The notes below the pieces were generated by a model that had not been told where the DNA came from, made no database searches, and saw only the letters and a program-made list of their open reading frames with translations. This document shows, piece after piece, positions 35,975 through 50,053 of a DNA stretch of 64,000 bases (the first letter of the stretch is position 1; each line of letters starts with the position of its first letter). A program made the translations under genes and the position numbers. The DNA comes from Cystobasidiomycetes sp. EMM_F5 (Eukaryota): the NCBI GenBank assembly GCA_051047955.1, contig JBPGPT010000029.1, positions 124,001 to 188,000 of the forward strand, written 5' to 3'.

Positions 35975-38703
35975 CTACGCTCGAACTGAATTGCCAATCT
36001 TGATTCCGGAATCGGTCTCAGGCAGGTCTTCCACATCTGCAAGTTCCGTAACAGCCACTTTGAGCAGCTTGAGCCATTCCTCCCGCTCAGACAGCATATT
36101 GTGATGGTCGCCATCCGTAGATGCATCTCCGGCAACATGGTCGTCTGTGCTCGAACGTCGTTCGGCTCGCTTGACCTCCTTAAGTAACTCCCAGCCTACT
36201 TCAGCTACCCACTCTTCCCCAGTGTGAAAGCCTTTCATCGTCTGCTCATAGTCTCGCCAAGTCGTGTTCCACAACTCGTGCGGAGCACGAATGCCATACA
36301 CGGCTGGAATGTGAGACACGATCGTCTGCAGCAGGATGAGCGGAGGTGCTGTATCGAGAGCACGAATGAGGTTTGGGCAGATGCCCTTCTTGGCAACCCT
36401 TTCCACGTCATCCACACCAAGGGCCGCGTGAAGCAGTACTTCGGCAGGGTCGGGCAGGCAGGCAAAGCCTCGAATGAGTACAATGAAGGATGACAGGGCA
36501 GTGAGAGCTTCTTGCATGGCTTCTCGAGGTAGTGCTTCTTCGTCGTCGGAATCGTCAACATCGAGCGGAATGAAGCGGCCTTTGCAAATACGGCAATCCT
36601 TGCCTTTCTCGCAGGCAGCAGAATTACCGCTACCAGCCTCATGTAAGGATCCTCCCGCAATGAGAGATGAAACGAATTTCTCGATAACGCCTTCAAACGC
36701 CTCGAGCTCAATCAAAAGCTGGGCATGCGACATCTCCGATGAGGTCAGGGGTGGCGAAGGCGATCGCTTGCCAGACGACGATGGCCGCAGTCGACCGATA
36801 CCCATAGCAGAAACTGAACGACGTGGTGCAGGGGCACTGACGATAGCAGGGCTGTGCACGCCAGAGCCAGTAGCATGCGAGTGCGCATGTCCGGATTGAG
36901 CAGTATGACTTTTTGCAGGAGGCGGACTATGTCGCCGTCGAATTTGCTCGCCGTCTGCTTCAAGACGTCGTGAAGAAGCACACAGAAGCATCTTCCAGAT
37001 AGCCGTGGAGGCAATTGATACTTTCCATTTTTGCGCTTCCATGTCTAGCATTATTTGCGAGGAGCCGTTCGGAGCAACAGGACCTCCTGCCGTGGAAAGC
37101 CAAGCAAAAGTCCGTGCAGCCGCCTGGACAAAGTTGCCGAAGTCGCGCAAGTATACGGGACAATTAGCCGGCATTATTGGTCCGTGATTTCCGGTTGGCA
37201 CTGCGTGTCCCGAGATGCTGTACGCGGTTGAAAGCAGACTGACTCCGGTAGCGGTTGATGCCCTGGCAAGAGAGCTCCCTTTTAGATTTGGCACGGTAAG
37301 AGACGTCGTTGACGAATTGGTCGTGCCATGCAGATTGTGCGCGTTGTCGGGCGTAGTACCACCTTGTCCAATGACAACTTTGACAATATCATCCTTGATA
37401 CTTGCCAAGATTGGGCTCCAATATTTGTTTGCAAGCAGGTCTATCTTAGCGATCCACGGACCAAGAGTATCCTTCACGAATTTTGGCATCTGCTCGTTAG
37501 TGTTGCCCGGAGTTGTCGGCGAAGGAGTGGAGCATGCTCGAAGGAGCCCTCTTTTGACTTCCCACGCCGAGCGAAGAATCAAGAAGAGGTATCGTTGCGC
37601 GACGGGCGGAGTTTCAGCTTCCTTCAACGTGCGTGCTACGACCGTGAGAGTAGCATCGCCGGCAATCGGAAGAAGCAATGCTTCCAAGCGCGACATGAAG
37701 ATTGAGAGGGACTTGAGTACTGCCGAGCGTAGTAGAGAGCGCAGAAGGTACGGATCGGCTACTGCCAGATGCAGCTCGCTGTGATAGATGGAATGAGCAG
37801 TGTTGTCAGCGACATTGGAGGCAAACTGGATGTGTGCACCAACCTTGCGATGATGTTACCCAAGTCGCGCGCCTTGTCGACCCGGGGTGCACTCGCGCCT
37901 TTGTAGTGCACGACGTCTGTAGACGCGGCCCCACCAGCAGAAGCAGGTACGGCAGCAGCATTTGCAGCGGGAAAGACTCTATTCACCGCTTCTGCCAGAG
38001 TCATTCCAATCTTCGTGACGTAGCTAGCTTCCAGATGTCCCACTGCGACCGCCGCTGCAGCGGGCGTAGGTCCAGCAGGGAGAGCACCATTGTTGACGTT
38101 GGCAGACGATACGGGCAGGTGCATTCCTGGTGCGGGAGTCTGCGCCGGCGTCACAGTGCCAGACTTGAGGTGACCAAGAGGTCCCTGTGCGGATGTGGGC
38201 GAAGTGACTGCAGATGACGTTGCTGAGGCCGTACGGCCAGAAAGGAACGAGGCTAGCTTCGGTCGGAGAGCAGAGTGGGCACTGCCACTACCACCGGAAG
38301 AGACTGTCAGTCCGAGCGGTACACCGTTGGTGTCAATGTTGGCGACCGTAGCTGCGCCACGATGACTATGGGTGCTCGCTGCATGGGCATGCAGGTGTAC
38401 AGGCTCAATAACTGGCTGTGAGTGGGAAGCTACAGCCAGAGATGAGCGCTTCTTGCTCTCTCCGGATCTCGAGCGGGATTTTGGCAGTGCATCCAGCATG
38501 GAGACGGACAACGGAGTCCTCTTCACGCCAGAATCAGAAACAGTTGCTTGCAAGCCCAGATTCGAGCGAGGAATTGTTGCCGTAGACGACGCAGACGCTG
38601 CGGTATTGGGTGTCATCGTCGGACTCGGCGCCGGCGAGGACGAGCGTGAGCTGTTGGCCCGTCCGAGCGAAGGGAGAGTGAGTGATGACTTGATGACGAC
38701 CAT
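35975..38703 (-). CDS. Hypothetical protein of about 900 aa, 2 main exons
   Basis: Long ORFs 37759-38715 (first ATG at 38703) and 35975-37696, separated by an intron-like gap. No domain recognised. Confidence 0.75.
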
Positions 38704-39446
38704 GGTAATTCCCAAGCTGGCGGGTGAATCTGGAAGAGGCTGGTCGGGACTTGTTGGGTATTTGGATGTTGGAAGCCTTATCTAAGGGTCCATTCAGCGT
38801 CTGAGATGGATTGTAAAGCACCGCAGGCTTTGTTGCGCTGCACAGTCTTTCTATATGGCCAATTCAGCCCATTCAGCCTGGTTTCTTTGCCGTTTTGAGC
38901 GGTTCTTTCAGCCTGGGTCGCTCTGGTTTGCTCCACCCGAGACCTGGAAACGGGCCATTAGCCATTCTAACCTCTTGATTCGTTGAAGCGACACCCACTA
39001 CGCTGATGAGTGCGCCAGCCAGCCCAGCGATGCGGCTGCAACATCGAAAGCCAGCCAAAAGTCAGCCCAAACGGCGAGTAGCCCGTTGAATTCTCCATTT
39101 CCTCACAATACACAGCCCTTGCCCATCAGCTTGTCGCCCAGTTGCCCGTTTTTCTCGTCGTCCAAGTCGCCGTTGCTGCCCATTCGTTGTAATGCAAAAG
39201 TAGGCAAGAGCAAAAGAGCGAAAAGAAAATTGAAGTCGAAAAACGGTCAAATTGTGGGGGATTCAACAACAACGCAATGGAGGTGGATATGGATGCTCAT
39301 TACAGCGGCATATAATAAAGTTACATGGAGAAGATTTCCGCGTTGAAGGACTACGACTGTGGCATCGAGTGTGATAATTAATATCAGGAAACCGTCAAGA
39401 GGTGACGTTTCTCACAAAAGAGCATCCTCTTATCATCCCCTTCACG

Positions 39447-41223
39447 TCACCATCTGCCACTCAGATTGCTGCCAGTACTGCTCCGTGGCAGTCGAGTTAC
39501 AGCGGAAGTCGTCGAAGAAGCTCGAGTGGGTGTTGCATTGTAATGGGACGTTTGCCCGTCATACGCGTACCCTCTACGAGCACTCCAAGGGGAATGCATC
39601 GCTTGCACCATCAAGTCATCAGTCGATGTAGATGCATCGCTTCGCGCATAATTGACTCGTGGATTAACAAACTGATAGACGTCAGTAGAAATCGACGACT
39701 TAGCACCAATGACAAATGCCTGAGTGACGAAACTGCACACACCTTTGCGTCATACTCTCGCAGTACCTCTCCTGACAACGTCAAGCGATCCTTTAGCGTC
39801 TGCGAGTAGATGCGTACTAGTCCATACGTCTGCAGACTCGTTAATCGGTTTCCGATGCCCTGATAATCGTCAGAAACACATCTCACCTGTACTAGTAGCA
39901 ACGCTCCAGCGACGCCGAAAGTGCCGATGTTATTCCTGTGCAGGAACTGGAGAAGGATGGCCAATGGAGGCGAGTAGATCCTACATCTTTCAAAAGTCAG
40001 TACGATTCGTTAAATATATATAGAACTCTAGTCACGCGAAGAAATGTAGGAGCAATGGCGCGGGTGTCCATATAGAAAGCTCCTGCACTTGGGTTCCACT
40101 CGGTTCCTGTTTCGACTGTACAATGAATTGCTTGGCCCGCGAGCTGCAGGATGGCGTTAGCCAATCAGTCTCGGTCGACTTTGTGACTCTTCTTACACGA
40201 GTCTCCGCCAGATCGAAGTCCTGTGCCCATCCTCGTCTACCGGGAGACGTGCATTCACAGCGACGGTCCGCGCATTCGGGCTGCTCAATGGGTCCAAGCG
40301 CATAAACATGCGATATTTGCGGCGGGAAGAAAAGAGATATGAGGCGTTGATAATGCTAGCCAAGACCAGCAGCCAGCTCAACGTTCTGGCCTGGCGTGTT
40401 GAATCAAAACATTGAGCGACGTTTGTTTGTACATTGTTTTTGTATCTTTGTACGCTCACAGTACCGTACAGAAAACTCCTCTGTGCCGCTGCATTCGCAA
40501 AGCCATGACTCGTCGCTCTCTGCAGTTCTTGAAGCCGTTGCTGCGCCGTCTTGCTGTATGATCTCGATTCTCTGGGGTCGTCACGCACAAACGCATCTGA
40601 AGCAGATACAGCAAGGCGTAGGAGCACATGCAGAGTCAGTGCTGCCACGCCCGCGCTGTTGACATGGTATAAATATCATTTCAATCAGACGACAGCTATG
40701 CTACACGGGGGAGTGCTTCTCCAGGTTACTGTGAAGGCCCGGCAGCACTCACGGATAGCCAAAGTGCTTGAATTCGTCAATGTCGATGTTGATTGTTTCG
40801 CTGAGTCGCATCTCGTAGCGGTCGTATAGTTCGGTAGGAATGTCCCACAGCCTGTCAAATATACGCATCGGATGCGACGCAACCGAGTGAGCGGCATGCT
40901 CAACGTGCCCCGTGTTTGACTTCGACTGCCCACCTCTGCAGCAATGGTTTACGAGGCCTTTCAGCTATTCTCACACCACCACGGCGCGTTTGGGGCGTAG
41001 ACTGCGCGCGATTTGCAGCATTTAGAGTCATTCTCGGCGTAGAAATGAATGGATCTGACGCTGTATCGCGTCGAGGCGGGTCAGTATTAGCGCCAACGAA
41101 GCTGGATTTGCTATTGGAAGGGTAGTTTGTAAACGACGCTGGCGTGGACGGGCTGGCACTGGAGCGTCTCTGCGGGCCACGCAGCCGGGCAACCTGAGCT
41201 GGCTGGGGAGTAATAGTCGACAT
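39447..41223 (-). CDS. Nuclear rim protein Nur1/Mug154 (DUF2418)-like membrane protein; multi-exon
   Basis: NA.YLF..RRKYRMF....SSPNA, ELSIWTP, IYSPP and the spliced LKDRLTLSGEVLREYDAK-FVNPRV. 3' end approximate. Confidence 0.75.
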
Positions 41224-41370
41224 GTTTTGAGAAATTCCAGTTTGTGCGTTTGGTTGGAACGAAAGAGACCTGCGATTTATAAATTGACAAGTTATTGGAC
41301 ATCCTGGCTTGGCTTTTAGGCAACTCGACATCGCAAACGACGACGAGCAAGGTATCCGGAAACGTTGAAG

Positions 41371-42862
41371 ATGTCGATGGGCCGCGATTTGCTCAGAGCC
41401 AGGCTGGCCAGCCTGCCGGATATTGGAATAAACGACAATGACGACGAGTCTGAAGAGCTCGACAGTTTCGACGAGAATGGCCTCGAGAATGGTTTCGCAA
41501 GGCCGTCTTCGACGTGAGAAATGCCCTGTTGCTGACTCTCTGACTGCCGGAAATGACTGGAATAACATCCCAACCAGGTCCTCCAGGACGATATCAAATA
41601 CTCCAACTGACGCAAACTCTCGCGGCAAACCCACACTGACACCGCTCTCCGGAGCAGATTACTTTGAATCGGCGCTCTCCATTCGCGTCGGGAGCCAGTC
41701 CACGTTTCGCGTATACTACACCCCGCCCAATGTGGCCGGCGACAGCAACGGCGACGACGAGGACGCAGAAGAACAGCCCGTCGTGTTTGTGTGTCATCAC
41801 GGAGCTGGTTACTCTGGCCTCAGCTTTGCACTGCTGGCAAAGCAGGTACACCGCTCAAGCAACGGCAAAGCGGGTGTGCTATCGTTGGATTGTCGGGGTC
41901 ACGGTGAGTGGTCATCAATGAGACCCGTGTTCTGTCTCATCATCCAACGGTTCTCCCTCAGGTAAATCCGAAGTCTTTGAAGAGTCCAACATGGACATAC
42001 AGGTATTGACCGACGACCTAACGGCGGTTCTGAAGGAAATCTTTCCCGAAAAGTTAAAGACACCAAGCCTCATGCTCGTCGGTCATAGCATGGTGCGTCA
42101 TGTTCTAGTACGCACAAATAGCTTCGCTGACTCCCTCGTCTGCGTGACAGGGCGGAAGCGTTGTAGTCAGGGCCTGTGCAGCTATTCAGCAGCAGGTTGG
42201 TAACGTCATTGGCCTGGTCAATCTCGATGTAGTAGAAGGTCAGTCTCTTCACGTAAATCCACGTGCTGCTGCCTGACACAGGATAACAGGCACAGCAATA
42301 GAGTTTCTCGACAGAATGAAGAGCATTATTCAATCCATTCCAACCGAATTCGATAGCGCCGAAGATGCGATAGCGTGGCAGTAAGCTATCAGCATGTGCG
42401 ACTTCGGCATTAAGCTAACCCATATTCTTCAGTCTCCGTTCCAAGACGATATCCAACCTAAACTCCGCTCGCGTATCGGTTCCGCCTCTCTTACGGTACA
42501 AGGTCCCTTCTCCAACCTTAGACCGCGGCAAGTATAAAAAGCAGGTTGACCCATCCTTTGTCTGGCGCGCAAATTTGGCTGCAACCGAACCCTACTGGCG
42601 AGGGTGGTTCGAAGGTCTTTCCTCGGCATTTCTGACCCAACGCTGCGCAAAATTGCTAGTCTTGGCGGGCGCCGAGTCTCTCGATAAAGATTTGATGATT
42701 GGACAGATGCAAGGCAAATATCAGCTTAGCGTTTTTGGCGATGTTGGTCACTGCCTTCAGGAAGATGCGCCCGAGAGACTGGCAGACCTGCTTCTAGACT
42801 TTTGGCGAAGAAATCAGGTAGTCGACATACTCAAGAAGGTCAAGAAGGTCGGTCAGCACTAA
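41371..42862 (+). CDS. PPE1: Protein phosphatase methylesterase 1; multi-exon
   Basis: HHGAGYSGLSFA, DCRGHG, spliced nucleophile motif GHSM-GG, DVVEG-TA, W.GWF.GLS..FL, LDKDLMIGQMQGKYQL..GH.LQED.P. Confidence 0.93.
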
Positions 42863-43027
42863 GAGAGTATCAAAGACTTCTTTCCCCCTGCTCTGGTATA
42901 TAGCACCCTTTGTTCAGTTGAAACGCCACCGGGCCGAGCAAAGTCACCATACCCTTGCGTCTTTGACATATTGTCACGTCGCGCACCCTGCCTTCAGTCG
43001 CTCTAGATTACTCTGAAGAAACTACAT

Positions 43028-44190
43028 ATGCAGCGGCCACCCTACCCAGAAGACGATGGCTACGATATGGATCCCGATGGGGACGGCCCTGGAGGTCCTG
43101 ACGGCGGTCCAGGCGGCTATGGAGGCGGCCCTCCCATGGATGAGAGTACGTCTACGTAGGCATCAGCTCTAATATACGCAATAATGTACATATGCTCTTA
43201 CAGTGGATCAGTATGGCAATTCCTCACGCGGGGGTCAAGGCGGCGCGCCGTTCGCCTCCCTCATGATGGCTCGCAAGGGCTTGAGTGTACTCGCCCTCCT
43301 AGCAGTCTTTGCGCTCGAAGCTGCCATCGCGATACAGTAGGCTTCCTTGTCGTTAGGGCGAGAGACTCAAGATCTGATCCTCTTGCCCCAGAGATGCCAA
43401 GCTATCGCCTCTAGCTAGCGTTTTACAGTCGAAGAATAGCTTTCGAAAGCGTGCGTCACTATCCGCTGCCGAATCAGCGGCCAAATCGGCCGTCAGCTCC
43501 AAGGATGCGTCCAAAATCAAAGATTCTTGCGGATATTACTCCGGATTTGACGTTCCTAACGTGTTCGTACATCAAGGCTGACAAATATGGTTCAAGTATC
43601 CTGATCTCCATAACTGCAGAACAGCCGGTCGCGCTCGCTCCGTTATCTTTCACCTGGGAAATTGCGTCGCCATTGCGGGCTTGCTGTTTTTGGAATTGCC
43701 TGGTTCGCCTCAAGCTGCTGAGATTCTCATGGCTAACCGGATGGTGCTGCCCCGCTCGGCAATGTCGGGTTGGCTACATTCTCGGTGCTGGAGATGGTGA
43801 GTCTGTCCAACGACGACAGCGGAATTCCAGCAATTGATTGAGGCTCCGCGTCATTTGCGCACAGTGGATTGGATCTTCTGTTTTGAATCATTTGTGAGCA
43901 GACCGCAGATCCATACGGCAGCCTGCAATATCTAAGCTTCGCTGTCGCCGGCCTGCTCAGCATCGGCACGGTCAACTACATTGCAGCGTACGTCTTGGTC
44001 ATTACTGGTCTGTTGGGCCTGACTCTTGTAAGCTTGCGCGATTTCGTATTCGCACAACCTGATGGAAGGATATATACAGAGTATCGTCTTTTTGGGCAAA
44101 CTCAAGTCTGCTTCTCCCACTCCCTCAATGAGCGAGAGCCCGATGGAGTATGGAATGGGACCAGAGGATGAGCCTCCCATTCCCTACTAA
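43028..44190 (+). CDS. Small multi-exon membrane protein with a Gly/Pro/Asp-rich N-terminus
   Basis: ATG43028 MQRPPYPEDDGY..., donor GTACGT, hydrophobic exons (GLSVLALLAVFALEAAIAI; FAVAGLLSIGTVNYIA), probable stop TAA at 44188-44190. Exon structure unresolved. Confidence 0.55.
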
Positions 44191-44375
44191 GAACTTGAAA
44201 TGACGCAATCATAAGCTGCCTGCCTGCAATTTAATGCCAAGGGGAAAACACCAGAGGCATTATGACATGATTTGTACGGCTATATTGTGGACTGCTGAAC
44301 AATTATGATATCGAGCCAAGCTAATCTACAAACCCGCCTCAAAACTGAAAGTTAATAATTATACCGAGCGCGGCG

Positions 44376-47363
44376 CTAAGAGTCCTGGAAGCGAGTTCGC
44401 TTGGGGGCTGAGACTAACATATCCCTAGACGTATGTAAGGTGTCGATGTTCTCGACAGCCCTTTTGCCTAATGATGTACTGGGAGGCGGCGTGTAGCCCG
44501 GGCTCTTCCCTGAGCCAAGCCCGGACAGCAGAGCTTGGAAATCCTCGTTTGAGATTCCCAATCCCGAAAACGGATTGGTGCTTGCATCAAAATTCTCGGG
44601 ATCGAATTTCTCCAGAAGGTTTGTATCGGGCGCCATATCCGGATTCTGATGTATTTGTTTGAGGTGTAGTAGGTGCTTCTCTAGCATGCTTAGCATACCC
44701 TCTTTGGTGAATGGTTTCGGCAGGACATCGTTCATGCCATGCGAGAAATAAGTCAACACTTCATCTGGACGTGAATTGCCCGTCATGCTGATAATTGGGG
44801 TCATCGCGTCGAATTGTCGAATGAGGTGTGTTGCCGACACACCATCCAAATTTGGCATTGAAATATCCATCATGCAAATGTCGTAAACGCCATTCTGCAT
44901 CTTGTTGACAGCGTCTACGCCATCTACCGCAACGTCGATACTGCAGCCAAAGAGCTGCAGGAATTTCGTCGTAAGATTGCGACACACAGCGTCATCTTCA
45001 ACGAGAAGGACTCTTGGCGCTTGCGACCATCCTGGAATATACGTCGCACGTCGCACTATCATTGGCTGACTGGTAAGCGCACTTCTGACTGCCGTACTGG
45101 ATTGCCCTCCTCTAAGGGCAGCGGCAAAGGCGGCGATGTCCTTGCCTCCGTCGATGCCGCTGGTGCTTTGCTTGTTACTGCTAGTATTCTGCTGGGTCAG
45201 TACCCCTGTTGGTGTAAGGTTATCCAAGCTTTCCAAGCCGTCTACGAACTGGCTGCCATTGCTCGTGGAAACCATAAGAGCACCCGGCGTAATGGCAGTA
45301 CTCGGGCGTATAGGGGTCGAGCCTGGCAACGGAAAGTACGACATGCTGCTCGCCTCTGACAGTAGTCCTGTGCTAGGTCGCGTCAAGACTCCAGAAGACG
45401 GAGTAATATCCGACAAGCGATTGGTACCTAGACGAATCTCGCCAAGATTCGCAAATGCGGGATTGGTTGCTGATGATGTGATAGTGGCTGGCTCATTCGA
45501 TTCCAAAGACGCCGCTGTGGGAGTAGGTGAGCTCAAGTTGGCTTGTTGCCCTTGACTGAGATGGGATATATTTTGGTTTGATGGGTAATACGCATGCTGT
45601 GGAGACGGATTCAATGGCGGCAATTGCTGCGGATGTAGATGCTGAACATGACCAGGGTAAGAGGGCTGCATTTGTTGACGAGATGGTTGTGATAAATGAG
45701 ATATTGGCGATACGTATATAGCTGTGTCGCGCGAGCCTTCTGGACTAGGATTGTCAGACTTTGAGTCGGCAGGGCTGCTTTCATTATTAGCGTTGACACG
45801 CATACTTTGTTGAACGTTTGGCTGGGTCAGAGGTGTGGGCGGCATGCCTAAGGCCTGACTCGACAGGCCTTGGGCCTGCATGGACGGTAGCGAGAAATTT
45901 TGCTGATAGGGATTTGCGGCTGAACCAAGGCTAGCAGCAGCTGTGCCATTGATCATGAGACCGAGCGCTTCAGCACGGCGAGTGGTCTCGGTCATCTTGT
46001 CGTATCGAGCACGAGACAGCTCGGAATAGGTGGAGATGAGCTGTTGCGCTTCACGCGAGGGTGGAAAGGATGGCGTCTCCATAGGATCGGTCAAAACCAT
46101 GAGTCTAGCTTCCAAGCCAATCATGTATTGCAGAGTTGTAGCTGTAAAGGCATCTTGAGCAGCAATCGCTCTATGTTGTCCGAGCAGATCCGCCATGAGC
46201 GCCTGTACAACCACGCATTATCAGGCAAAGGTTGCTTAATTCACAATATTCGTGTGCCTACATGATATTGGGCCGAGAATTTGTTCAAGTGGACTTCGAT
46301 TTGTCTCTGGTTGTTTGTGAGGGCGGTAACCTGCTTTTTGAGCAAAGCAACATCGTCTCCGTAATTCGGACCGGCGAAGTATTCACCGTGACTACTCGCA
46401 GCTCCACCGCCTACTAGCTCCGGACGAGACGTAATGGGCGTGTCTGGCTTCTTCAGGCCTGTCAGCTTGCGCTGAGTTGAGAAACACGAAAGCGTCGGTT
46501 AGATGAGATGCAATGTGAAGAGGACGCCCATTGCTGCCCACCTTTATACTCTCCGCGCTTCCCTTCTGGTCTATACTAAAGTTGGGGTGCCTGAACTCCC
46601 ACGTCCCCTCGGCAGCGACGTCCTTGTCTTTTTCTGACGATGCTCCAGTCTTTTCATCGCGCGACCCAGCTTCGGGGTTCTTGACCTTGTGGAAATCGTA
46701 CTTGTTGAGTTGACGGACAAACGAGGCAAAGTTGCTATGCTTGAAGTGCTGTGGCAGGACTATTCGTGTAAAGTCGGGCATGTCCTGCGGCGTTCATGCA
46801 GATTGTCAGCTAGGCAGCGCACGGACACGAGAATTGAAAAAGCGTGCCTTGACTATGAAGCTGTCGTTCTTTGCGCCCCACGCGACTATGGGCTTGAAAG
46901 CTTCCACCTCGAGCATGCTGTAGAGCTTCCTGACAAAGTCGGACGTTCCCTGCCCGCCTGGGCCCTTTCTCGACGCCGTGATTGCGGATCCGAGCTCTTT
47001 TGCGTTCCCGACACCACTTCCAGCCCCGGTATCGTTATCGCCCATTGCTTCGTCGGGCGTGGGTTCTTGCTTTACAACTGCAGGATACCCAGCCGCTTTC
47101 GACGGGACGACGAGGGGAATGGACGGGAGCCTCGAGTGGGACGGATTAGCGTTGATGGGACTCGGGGTCAGCCTCGAAGCGAGCGCGCTGCCAGCAATTC
47201 TTGCACTGTTGTTGTTTGAAGTCCCAACTCCGCCTCGACCAGCCAGGCTCAGCGGGGCGGCACTGAGCGTGAATGGCCTGGCCTGTATGTGCGACTCGAG
47301 CTGCTCGACGGCGTACGGCGTCATGTTTTGCTGCGAGTGCAGCGTGTCTGGTTTTTGGGACAT
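44376..47363 (-). CDS. SKN7: Skn7/Prr1 response regulator (HSF-type DNA-binding domain + receiver domain)
   Basis: FVRKLYSML..., LPQHFKHSNFASFVRQLNKYDFHKV. Receiver RVLLVEDD...MMDISMPNLDG...SMT...PKPF. Confidence 0.93.
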
Positions 47364-47578
47364 TGGATATTGATATTGATTATTGTTGACGGCAATGGGC
47401 GACGTGGAGGCTCTGCAAGCTGATGCTGCGTACTCCTCGCCGTCTATCTCATAGTATTGCCCGCAGTTTCATTCTTCATACTTCATATTTCATGGCAGTT
47501 GGAATGGCGGAAAGCCGCTTCCACAACAAGCAAAAACACAAAACAAACACCGACCTGCTTTCCTTTTCTTCGTCAAGT

Positions 47579-48528
47579 CTACGCTATCCGCATCAGCGCA
47601 AACAGCAGGAACCAAGCTGTCGCAACCCCCGCAACGGCCACAATCACAAACCAAGTACTCGTACGGGCCTGCTTGGTGTACCCCTTGAGCCGCTCCCTCT
47701 GCTTGACCATGCCGCCATAGTTGGTCTCGAGCTTCTTTTCCGCATTCTCGAGAGCTGTGCGGTCCTCCGACAGCAGGCTAGAAAAGGCCAGGCTGTTCTC
47801 CTTGAGCCGAGATGACATCTGGAGCAACTCGTCCGTGAGGGCGTCTTGTTCTGATCGGTGGTGTGAGAGGAGTGTCGAGATGGATGTTGTATCGAGTGGG
47901 GTAGAGTGACTGTCCTGTCTGGCGATGCTTGGATGTGTGTCGTGGTTGTTGGCGTCCGAGATGTCTGGAATCAGATCAACGGCGGCAGGCCCCGCTACCC
48001 CGGGAGAAGCGATAGACGGCGAAGCAGCAAGACTGGAGTGGTTGTTGTGACGAGCAGGGACGCTGGAGTGGGGGTCATGATGAGCATCCAGCGGAGAGTC
48101 TGCCATTCTTTGTAGATGGTCTGGACTAGCATTGTCGGCGGTTCTGGGCAGTACGGCCGTGGACGGTCGAAGCGAAGCGATATCTGGGGGCGTATATTCG
48201 ACATCAAACAGATCATCGCCCGTCACTGGGGATATCGAAGCCTTGTATGCCCTTTCCAGCCGTTCCAGCCGGTCTTGGAGGTCAGTTCTGGCAGAATAAC
48301 GTTGCTTTCAGCGCTCAAAGTCGTCGATAGTCAGTACACGACGCCGTCAAAGCACCTATGTCGCGTCAGCAGCGAGTCTTCGTCGTCGTCCAGCCCTCCG
48401 GCGTCAACCAGGATCCTGGCATGCTCGATAGCTCCACGGACGTCGCTCTTTTTCGCTATGGCCCCGCGTTCCAGTCGCAGTATGAGCCGCTGGGCGTTGA
48501 CTGCGTCTTTGCGTTTCTGCCTGTTCAT
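47579..48528 (-). CDS. USE1: Use1-like ER SNARE
   Basis: HHRSEQDALTDELLQMSSRLKENSLAFSSLLSEDR coiled coil followed by a single C-terminal TM. One intron near 48340-48290. Confidence 0.75.
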
Positions 48529-48715
48529 TGTTGGAATAATTGGAGTCTGGCAGACCAGTAATTGAGCTTTTTTGATTCAATTATGCTTGATTTCGCACCA
48601 AATAGGCTGGGACTGGCTGGAACATCGCACAGCTCACCGCGCACCATGGTAGACAGTGAGGGCAACTCGGAAACCCGCTGCAACCGAGAAATCCGCAGGA
48701 AGAAGCAACTAACGA

Positions 48716-49902
48716 ATGGCTTTTTATCGCGTTTGGCAGGAATCCGGCTGGGCTTCACCTCTGGGATGGTTTCGTTGGTTGCTGACGTTCCGGACACTGA
48801 TACCGTCATTTTGGCTGACGAACTTGCTGATTTCTCGCTTTTCCGTCATTTCACTTACCGCAGAGTCGCATTCTGGGTGGTCGTGTATTCCCCGCAAATA
48901 TGGGAATGCTACGTACTGCAGTCCGGCGAAGGACTCAGTGTCATGTTCCTGCTCATCGTGCGTAGGCGCGTTGATGTTGTGCTGGTGTGCAGGCTGAAAT
49001 CGTGAATAGTGGCTCGTGGGCGATATAACTGGTCTGGTAGGAGCTATCGTACAAGGCCTCAGCGCAACTATATCGCTTCTCGCAATATACTACATGCTCT
49101 GCGAGTTGAGTTTCACGAAAGCTCACCTACCTAGCTTGCCCCGCTGAATGCAACGCCCAGTGTCGTGTTACTGTCAATGCTATTTTACTATCGAAAACAA
49201 CGCCGGTTGTACCCTGAACGCTTCGAGAAGAACGCGAGTGGTTTTAGCCGACGCTCATCGAGACCGGACGAGCACACACCATTGCTACCTCAGCCAGAAC
49301 ACAACAGCAACGAACAAGGTGCCGTCAATGTTCGCATTAAATCATTCTTGAAAGCGCATCGTGTCACAATCCTCGCGTACACTTTAGCAGCAGTCTTCAT
49401 CACGTCGAGTGGAGTATCTGCCTGGCTATCTTCCGCAGGCAGATCAGGACACGGACACGGCCACTTTCCCGAGGATGGTAGCCAGCCTAGATTGCCAAAA
49501 GAGGAGTGGTCGACGACTGCTCAAATCTTTGGATGGACGTCTGCCTTTACATATCTGGCGAGTCGCGTCCCGCAAATTATGAAGAACACTCGCACAAAAT
49601 GTCAAGGATTGAGCTTGATGATGTTCATGACGAGGCGAGTACGCTGCTGGAAATGGGTCGTATGGTGCTGATGTTCTGTGAATGACAGTGTGTTAGGAAA
49701 TCTGACATACTGCGGATCAATATTGATCCCGTCGACCAGTCCCGGGCACGTATGGATTAATCTTTCCTGGCTTGTCGGCTCAGCCGGTACGATAGTTCTC
49801 GATTTTATCGTTCTCGGCCAGTTTATCTACTATCACAACGACCGCAAGGCAGCCGTCTGGATCGAAGGGGGAGAATCTCAGTTTAGCGTTTCAGGCATCT
49901 AG
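48716..49902 (+). CDS. PQ-loop vacuolar cationic amino-acid transporter (Ypq/PQLC2-like); start uncertain
   Basis: Two PQ repeats: WVVVYSPQIWE...SGEGLSVMF and YLASRVPQIMKN...CQGLS...LGNLTY. Also WLVGSAGTIVLDFIVLGQF. Confidence 0.85.
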
Positions 49903-50053
49903 AGGCGTAACAGAATCAGCGAGCAATACAATCAGCACTAATATCAAGCACACAATTTCATTTGGTGTTGTATCACAATGTATGAGCAAACGGTATGACA
50001 ACTCTACAGAACTCATGCTGGAGGCACCAGATCGGTGCTCTATAGACAGCATC

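Noticed and set aside
39611..39964. Separate small gene MAILLQF...
   Set aside because: It begins at TTG just after an intron acceptor and is an internal exon set of the NUR1/Mug154-like gene.
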